DNA from: an uncultured Planctomycetales bacterium
Lineage (GTDB): Bacteria > Omnitrophota > Gorgyraeia > Zapsychrales > JANLHA01
Reading direction: 5' to 3'
NCBI GenBank assembly: GCA_964489065.1
Contig: CAZAXH010000003.1
Coordinates: 191,104-255,103 of the forward strand
DNA: 64,000 nucleotides
Position 1 is the first letter of the stretch, and each line of letters begins with the position of its first letter. A program made the translations under genes and the position numbers. The notes beneath the pieces were generated by a model. That model searched no databases, was not told where the DNA came from, and saw only the letters and a program-made list of their open reading frames with translations. Below, piece after piece: positions 58,050 to 64,000 of the stretch.

Positions 58050-61000
58050 ATGAAGAAGGTCATGGTTGTGCTTTTGCTCAATGTGATCGTTCCGCTGCTT
58101 GTTGTTTCATCTTGTTTGGGTGGTTTGTTTTACCAGGATTTTGAAGAAGGCAATGGATCGGCTCAATATGGCTGGGCTTTTAATGGGGCCTCAGCAGGGT
58201 TTTCTTCCGGAGAAGAGCCGGTTCATGACGGCGCCCGGTCATGGAAGATGACTTCGCCCGGGCTTTGGGGCGGGACAGGTATCCCTTCCCAGATTGAGAC
58301 ATGGGACATGAACTTTCAGCCGGCCCGGCATGATCGTTTAACCTTTTGGATTTATGCGCTTCCAGACGAGTCCAGCGAGAGTTTGGATAATAATGTATCT
58401 GTGAAATTTTTTGACCGGGAAAATTACAACAGCACCGGATTTGAAGTATGGACCAGCAAGGCGGCTCAATATGGCGCCTGGACCCGGCTGACGGTTCTTT
58501 TTTCTCAATTGCCGCAGGATTTTAATTTGAATCGTATTGATAAAATTGAATTTGTTAATTATTATCCGGGAACATATTATTTGGACGATATCCAGGTTGT
58601 TTCAGAAGACCGTATGTATCAGTCTTTTGAGCCCATCGTTTTTGAGTCCGGCTTTATCGGAGAAGAGTATGAGAAATTCGGGTGGGCCTGGAACGGGACA
58701 GTTGATCTGTTTGTGGATAATCAAATTGTCTTGGAAGGGAGCCAGTCCTGGATGCTGGACACGCTGGATCTCTGGGGTGGGACGGGCATCCGGTCTCAAG
58801 AGAAGAAACTGGTCCTGACCGGACAAGGGTACGAGCAGTCTCCGTGGCATGTGGATCTTTTGGGAGTTCACGGGGGACAGCTTCCGGAAGATTCCCCCTA
58901 TGACCACCTGACGTTCTGGGTTTACTCCCTGGCCGAGAACGGCCTGGATAACACGTTGAGTCTTCAGTTTTTTGACCATAACAATTATCCAGAGGACTTT
59001 GAAGACCCGGAACGCCGGAATCCTTATGTTCTTTGGACGGAACAGCCGGCGGTGTACGGGGAATGGACAAAATTTACGATCCCCTTTGACGCCTTGCCTC
59101 CGGACCTAGAATTGCACAATTTGAATAAACTTCAATTTCAGGTTTATTGGAAAGGCCGTTATTTTTTTGATGACCTGCGCGCCGCTAAACCTTGTCCGGA
59201 TATAGATAAAGCGGCGTTGGCTAACGGCGAAATTCAGTGGCCCCCGGTTCCCGGCGCAGATTTTTACACGGTGGAACAGAGTGTCAGCGGGCCCGGTGGG
59301 CCCTGGCAGAACGTTTATTCCGGGGCCGGCACAAGCTTCCCGGCGCAGCGCGTTTCCCCGGCGTGGTATCGGGTTCGGTGGGAGGAGGCCGAGGATAGCG
59401 TGTTTAACCCCGTTGCTTATGCTTCTGATTGGAGTGATGTGGCGTATTATGCCCCAGCCCAGGTCTTGCTTGACCACGCGTTGTTGAAAGAAGGGGCCTT
59501 GCAATGGACAGACATGCCGCAGGCGGACCGTTATGAAGTGGAAATGGCCACCGGCAAAAAAGGCCCGTGGCAGCAAATTTATAATGGCCCGCACACCAGC
59601 CTTGCGGCCCTGAACGGCAAGTGGTACAGGGTCCGGGCTCTGATTGAGGAGAGCGGGGCTGTTGTTGATTCGAGCGAGTGGAGTCCTGTTCAATCCTATT
59701 CTCCGGGAGAGGGGTATCTTAAGGTGGCGGGGAAATTGATCAAGGAGCAGGATGGCTGGGGGGATACCATCATATTGCGCGGTTTTAATTTGGGAAATTA
59801 CCTGCTTATTGAGCCGTGGATGACGGGGATCCGGGTCGATGACCCGGCCCGGAGTGAAGATGACTGGAATATACGCGAAAAACTCTCCGAGCGTTTTGGG
59901 CCGGCGGAGGCGGGAAGGCTGCTCGGCCTTTATCAGGAGGCGTACGTCCAAGAAGTGGATTTTGACAATATTATGCGCAGCGGCGCGAATGTGATCCGGC
60001 TTCCTATTTATTATCGGGCCATCCGGGAAATCGACGAGCAGACCGGGCAGTGGCTGGCCGGGAGCGACTTTAATTTTGAACAGGTCGACCGGGTGGTGAA
60101 TTTTTGCGCTGACCGCGGCATTTATGTGCTTCTGGATCTGCACGGCGCTCCCGGAGCGCAGAATAAAGAATTTCATTCCGGCCGCACTTCGGCGGGGTCC
60201 CCGGGTGAGGGCTTTTATCACCAGTTGTTCAACCCGGGCAATGGCGTGTACCGCCAGCGCACGGTAGAACTTTGGGAGGCGTTAGCCCAGCATTATAAGG
60301 ACAACACCGCTGTCATGGGATATGATCTGTTAAATGAGCCTTTCGGGGCCATTGACCCCCTGTATTATCCTGACATCAATGACGGCTACGAGGCCCTTTG
60401 GGATTTTTATGCCCAGTTGTATTCGGTGGTCCGACAGAAAGACCCGCATCATATCATCGTCATGGAGGCCATTCCTACGGATAAAGACTGGGATACCCTT
60501 CCGGATCCCGGTGATTATAACTGGCAAAATGTTGTTTACCAGTTTCATTATTATGGATTTAAGTTCAATAGCGCGGGCGAGATTGACGGCGTTTTGGACA
60601 GGGATCAGCAAGCGCTTTACCTGGTCAGCGGTAATGACCCGGCGTGCGAGCAATATCCGGATGACGATAAGTTCTGCGGTAAAGTTCTTTATTCCAAACA
60701 GGATGAGTATGATGTCCCGGTCTTGATCGGCGAGTTTACGGGTTTTAACCAGAGGGAAATCTGGGACCTCTATTTAAAGACTTTTAATAAGGAAGGGTGG
60801 AGTTGGACCATGTGGTCATATAAACACCACCCTCCGAGAGAGGAATGGGGGCTTTACACGCACCAGTATTATAATGACGAGGCTCCCAACGTGGGCGTGG
60901 ATGACATCACCACCTTAGAACAAAAGTTTTCTTTATACGACACTCTTTTCCATCATGAACTTAATGTTTCTTTGGGGAAAATTCTTGGTGATTATTTTTT

Positions 61001-61817
61001 ACGGGAGCACATTGTCACCCAACCGGCGGTGGCTGGCCGGACTCCTGAAGAAGTGAAAAGCAAATGGTATAAAGTTCATTTCGAGGAAAAGTTTAAAAAG
61101 ACACCCGTTTTGATCGCGGGGATTGAGACGTTTAATGGCCCTGACACCGCTGGTTTGAGGATGAAGGGGGTGAATAAAGGCGGGTTCCAGGTGAAACTCG
61201 AGGAAGAGCGGGCCGGAGATCCGGAGGTGTGGCACCTTCCGGAAGTGGTCAGCTATTTTGCCGTCCAGCCGGGAACGATTCTGGACGACGAAGGGGCGGT
61301 GATTGGGGAGGCGGGGCACGTCACGGGCTTTCAACGCAACGGGAGCCAATGGCATACGGTGACATTGAAAAATGAATACATGGATCCGGTCGTGTTTATG
61401 CAGATCGTGACTTACCATGGCCGGCAACCTTCGCATATACGGTTACGAAATGTTGATAGCACGTCTTTTCAATATCAAATAGAGGAGTGGGATTATCTTG
61501 ACCAGAAGCATCTTATGGAAAAGATCGCTTTTATTGTTTTGGAAAAAGGCTCACACACCTTGACGAATGGGCTCAGGATTGAAGTGGGGGCCGTGAACGT
61601 GGATCATGCCTGGAGCAGCGTCGTGTATGGCGGTAGTTATTCAACGGCTCCCGTCACGGTTAGCCAGTGCCAGACATATCAGGAGGCGGGGGCGGTGGTG
61701 ATGCGGGAGCGCAATGTCTCAGAGACGGGCTTTGAAGTGAGGCTCCAGGAGGAGGAGGGGGGTGATGGCGTTCATGCTTTGGAAGAGGTTGGCTATATTG
61801 CCGTCTATCAGGAATGA
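58050..61817 (+). CDS. Secreted multidomain glycoside hydrolase family 5 enzyme (4 N-terminal CBM-like repeats, 2 Fn3-like domains, GH5 catalytic domain, 2 C-terminal repeat domains)
   Basis: GH5 acid/base MGYDLLNEPFGA and nucleophile VLIGEFTGF. Repeated ~170-aa modules (SW.M...WGGTGI...LTFW[IV]Y[AS]L). Fn3-like WPPVPGADFYTVEQS and WTDMPQADRYEVEMA. Duplicated C-terminal domains GGFQVKLEEE... and TGFEVRLQEEE.... Start set at MKKVMVVLLL, which has a GGGAGG ribosome-binding site. Confidence 0.8.
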   Translation: MKKVMVVLLLNVIVPLLVVSSCLGGLFYQDFEEGNGSAQYGWAFNGASAGFSSGEEPVHDGARSWKMTSPGLWGGTGIPSQIETWDMNFQPARHDRLTFWIYALPDESSESLDNNVSVKFFDRENYNSTGFEVWTSKAAQYGAWTRLTVLFSQLPQDFNLNRIDKIEFVNYYPGTYYLDDIQVVSEDRMYQSFEPIVFESGFIGEEYEKFGWAWNGTVDLFVDNQIVLEGSQSWMLDTLDLWGGTGIRSQEKKLVLTGQGYEQSPWHVDLLGVHGGQLPEDSPYDHLTFWVYSLAENGLDNTLSLQFFDHNNYPEDFEDPERRNPYVLWTEQPAVYGEWTKFTIPFDALPPDLELHNLNKLQFQVYWKGRYFFDDLRAAKPCPDIDKAALANGEIQWPPVPGADFYTVEQSVSGPGGPWQNVYSGAGTSFPAQRVSPAWYRVRWEEAEDSVFNPVAYASDWSDVAYYAPAQVLLDHALLKEGALQWTDMPQADRYEVEMATGKKGPWQQIYNGPHTSLAALNGKWYRVRALIEESGAVVDSSEWSPVQSYSPGEGYLKVAGKLIKEQDGWGDTIILRGFNLGNYLLIEPWMTGIRVDDPARSEDDWNIREKLSERFGPAEAGRLLGLYQEAYVQEVDFDNIMRSGANVIRLPIYYRAIREIDEQTGQWLAGSDFNFEQVDRVVNFCADRGIYVLLDLHGAPGAQNKEFHSGRTSAGSPGEGFYHQLFNPGNGVYRQRTVELWEALAQHYKDNTAVMGYDLLNEPFGAIDPLYYPDINDGYEALWDFYAQLYSVVRQKDPHHIIVMEAIPTDKDWDTLPDPGDYNWQNVVYQFHYYGFKFNSAGEIDGVLDRDQQALYLVSGNDPACEQYPDDDKFCGKVLYSKQDEYDVPVLIGEFTGFNQREIWDLYLKTFNKEGWSWTMWSYKHHPPREEWGLYTHQYYNDEAPNVGVDDITTLEQKFSLYDTLFHHELNVSLGKILGDYFLREHIVTQPAVAGRTPEEVKSKWYKVHFEEKFKKTPVLIAGIETFNGPDTAGLRMKGVNKGGFQVKLEEERAGDPEVWHLPEVVSYFAVQPGTILDDEGAVIGEAGHVTGFQRNGSQWHTVTLKNEYMDPVVFMQIVTYHGRQPSHIRLRNVDSTSFQYQIEEWDYLDQKHLMEKIAFIVLEKGSHTLTNGLRIEVGAVNVDHAWSSVVYGGSYSTAPVTVSQCQTYQEAGAVVMRERNVSETGFEVRLQEEEGGDGVHALEEVGYIAVYQE

Positions 61818-61869
61818 TGCCGGGGGTTGTGTTGAAAGATCGAGCTGATTTTTAAGGAAAGGAGCAAAA

Positions 61870-62585
61870 ATGTTTTTATTAAGGAAGAGGAATTTGTTTT
61901 GTTTGCTTATTGGGTTTTTAACGTTCGGAGGGGCGGCGCTTACTCTTCCCTCTAGCGCCGTGGCTGCAAAAATTAAAGCGCCGGCGGAACTGATCGCGCC
62001 GGAAGAAGTCGTGGTCCTTTCTTCTGAGGAGGTTGTGTTTCGTTGGACGGAAGGGAGCTCGGTCAGCCGTTATCGCCTGGTGATCGGCACACAGCCGATG
62101 GGTGCGGAATCAAAGAATATTTTTATACAAACATTTAAAAAAGAGAGCATCAGGCGGTTGTGACTTCTCCTGCCTTTGTTAGCGGAGAACCGGTTTATGT
62201 CAAGCTGAGGTCCAAAATACAGAATCGGTGGGTCACCCAGAGGTATGTTTTTCAGACACAGGCTATTCCGACGCAATGTGGGGATGGCATCTGTCAGCCG
62301 GATGAAGGTTACGCGTTGTGCGCGGTGGATTGCCCTTCGCCGTTGTGCGGGAATGGAATCTGCTCAGCCGAGGACGGGGAGAATGGGATCAATTGCCAGC
62401 CGGATGAAGGCCATGTGCTGTGCGGGGTGGACTGCCCTTCGCCGTTGTGCGGAAACGGTGTTTGCTCGGCCATGGACGGGAAGATGGGACCAATTGTCAG
62501 CCGGACTGCGTGGAAACGCCGTAGTGGTTACGAGAAAAAGTTGATTGTATCCCATTGTTGCAAGCGGTTTTTTTGTCTTTTTTGA
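61870..62585 (+). pseudogene. Exported Cys-repeat protein split by a frameshift at 62160, with a second shift inside the third repeat
   Basis: Signal peptide plus beta-rich domain (61870-62163), continued in the +1 frame by SGEPVYVKLRSKIQNRWVTQRYVFQT and two perfect repeats CQPDEG..LC.VDCPSPLCGNG.CSA.DG. A third repeat is shifted by a 1-nt deletion. Confidence 0.5.
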
Positions 62586-62841
62586 ATATAAATAAACTGA
62601 AGAAGAAGGCGCGGTCACGTTGTCGTGCAGTGTGGCCGCGTCTTCTTCTTTCGTCCCTCTCAGAAAGCGGATCATAGATAAAAATATGCTGGGATATCCG
62701 CATTCGCCATAGTTATTTATGTCCTTGTTATCATCAGAAACAAATAATAAAATATAGAAAACTTTGCGGTGGCACAAATGGCTTCCATAACAGGGTTCTG
62801 GTGCGGGAAAAAGATGCTCCGGAGCCGGGAAAGGATGTGAC

Positions 62842-63951
62842 ATGGGCCTGTATGTTTGGAAATTCGGATATCGTAAAATATTAGAACCCTGGGCAAGAAA
62901 GCTCGCCTGGCTAGACCCGGATATCGTGAGTTACGCGGCGTTAATTATTTCGGGTTTTACCGCCGGCTGTTATGTCCTGGCCGACGAATACCCGGTTCTC
63001 TTATTATTAGCCATCCTCCTGATTTTTACACGGATGACCATGAACACCATCGACGGCGTGATGGCGATACAGCAAGGGAAAACAACTTTAGCCGGAGAGA
63101 TCGTGAACGCCTTGCCGGACCGGTATGCGGATGTTGTCCTGCTTTTGGGTTTGGTTTTTTGCCCGCTTTGCCGTCAGGATCTGGCGATCTTGGCCATGGG
63201 TACGGTCTTTTTAGTGAGCTACACCGGGATGCTTGGAAAAGCCATCGGCGTGAGCTGGCAGCACCACGGGCCTTTGGGGAAGGTTGAACGGCTGATCCTT
63301 CTTATGGTGTTTACGTTGATTCAGATTTTTTTCCCTGTTCTTCCCTTCTTGGGCCTCCGCTTGAGCCCGCTTTCCTGGTGCATGGCGTTTTATATTATTC
63401 TTGGGCAGATAACGGTGTTTAACCGGCTGCGGGGGCAGATGCGGGAAGTGTGTTTAAAGGAATGGCCGGCCAGCCCGGAGGCCAAAGATTTTGCCGGGCG
63501 GGCTTTGGTTGTATATGATTCGCAAACCGGAAATACCAAGATCATCGCGGAAAAAATAGCGTCAATATTATCGGCAAAGTGCTGCTCGGTGAAAGAACCT
63601 TTTGATGACAGACTGTATGACCTGGCTGTTTTCTGTACGCCTAATATCCGGGGGAATTGCACCGCACGCATGGCAGAATTTCTTAAAAAAACGCCTCTTC
63701 GATTTAATTGTTACGGTATTGTCGTGAGTTATGGCGCGCCCCTTTGGGGTTGGCCGACGGCCATCAAGACAGTGTGGTCCATGGCAAGCCGGCTGGGGGG
63801 CCGGCCGTTAAAATGTTTTCTGGTTAAGGGGTATCATATGAAATTTAAAACTTATAAAGGGCGGCCGAATCAGGCAGACCAGGACAAGGCCGCCGTATTC
63901 GCCGCGAGTATCGCGCGTAAAATGACCAAAAGGAGCGCCCATGAACAATGA
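62842..63951 (+). CDS. Fusion protein: CDP-alcohol phosphatidyltransferase membrane domain fused to a C-terminal flavodoxin-like domain
   Basis: DGVMAIQQGKTTLAGEIVNALPDRYAD fits the DG(x)2A(x)9G(x)3D(x)3D pattern. The C-terminal LVVYDSQTGNTKIIAEKIA is a flavodoxin-type phosphate-binding loop. Confidence 0.6.
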   Translation: MGLYVWKFGYRKILEPWARKLAWLDPDIVSYAALIISGFTAGCYVLADEYPVLLLLAILLIFTRMTMNTIDGVMAIQQGKTTLAGEIVNALPDRYADVVLLLGLVFCPLCRQDLAILAMGTVFLVSYTGMLGKAIGVSWQHHGPLGKVERLILLMVFTLIQIFFPVLPFLGLRLSPLSWCMAFYIILGQITVFNRLRGQMREVCLKEWPASPEAKDFAGRALVVYDSQTGNTKIIAEKIASILSAKCCSVKEPFDDRLYDLAVFCTPNIRGNCTARMAEFLKKTPLRFNCYGIVVSYGAPLWGWPTAIKTVWSMASRLGGRPLKCFLVKGYHMKFKTYKGRPNQADQDKAAVFAASIARKMTKRSAHEQ

Positions 63952-64000
63952 CGCCAAGACCGTTGTGTGGATCGCTGGGTCCCTGCTGGGGTTTTTCGGC
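63948..64000 (+). CDS. Start of an unidentified ORF (truncated by the window end)
   Basis: ATG overlapping the previous stop. MNNDAKTVVWIAGSLLGFFG. Confidence 0.3.
   Translation, partial: MTPRPLCGSLGPCWGFS

Noticed and set aside
58049-61817. Short overlapping ORFs inside the GH5 gene (58537-58818, 58602-58979, 60334-60726 and others)
   Set aside because: They are embedded in a continuous 1263-aa frame with strong domain signatures and have an alternate-frame composition.

Overview
Bacterial chromosomal segment of about 64 kb and roughly 50% GC, with several AT-rich islets. The lineage cannot be determined from the sequence alone.

Layout, left to right:
- 1-5.6 kb: housekeeping genes (carB 3' end, purF, pyrG, tRNA-Leu, rpe).
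- 5.6-9.9 kb: an orphan Flp-type pilin-like gene; a minus-strand signalling operon (FIST sensor, GAF histidine kinase, REC-GGDEF); tRNA-Glu.
- 10-12.5 kb: two paralogous Cys-rich signal-peptide mini-proteins followed by a B12-binding radical SAM enzyme.
- 12.9-13.8 kb: a cold-shock-domain gene and a eukaryote-type RRM RNA-binding protein gene.
- 14-19 kb: a secreted hypothetical protein, a large HEAT-repeat protein, an orphan receiver-like protein and a membrane protein.
- 19.3-49.3 kb: a roughly 30-kb Wzx/Wzy-type exopolysaccharide or O-antigen locus. It contains an outer-membrane barrel, Wza, Wzc, an epimerase, Wzx, an acyltransferase, Wzy, five GT4 glycosyltransferases including two tandem-duplicate pairs, a hexapeptide acetyltransferase, a FemAB/GNAT-ATP-grasp fusion, a HAD hydrolase, three methyltransferases, a CE4 deacetylase, a PglC-like initiating transferase, a DegT aminotransferase, DUF218 and WbpM/CapD. 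It has been invaded by a small defence island (DUF4143 AAA ATPase plus an AbiEi/AbiEii abortive-infection pair) flanked by triplicated 5' fragments of the sugar-transferase gene.
- 49.2-51.3 kb: a low-GC islet with two hypothetical proteins and a methyltransferase.
- 51.3-54.5 kb: lepB and two adjacent radical SAM enzymes.
- 54.6-64 kb: secreted proteins (an autotransporter, a 1263-aa multidomain GH5 glycosidase, a frameshifted Cys-repeat protein) and a CDP-alcohol phosphatidyltransferase-flavodoxin fusion.

Non-coding highlights:
- A family of structured repeat elements, with 3 full and 2 partial copies, showing compensatory base changes in its hairpins. This is a candidate novel ncRNA or MITE.
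- A second repeat family made of a GC hairpin plus an intrinsic terminator plus a -10-like box, present in 4 copies.
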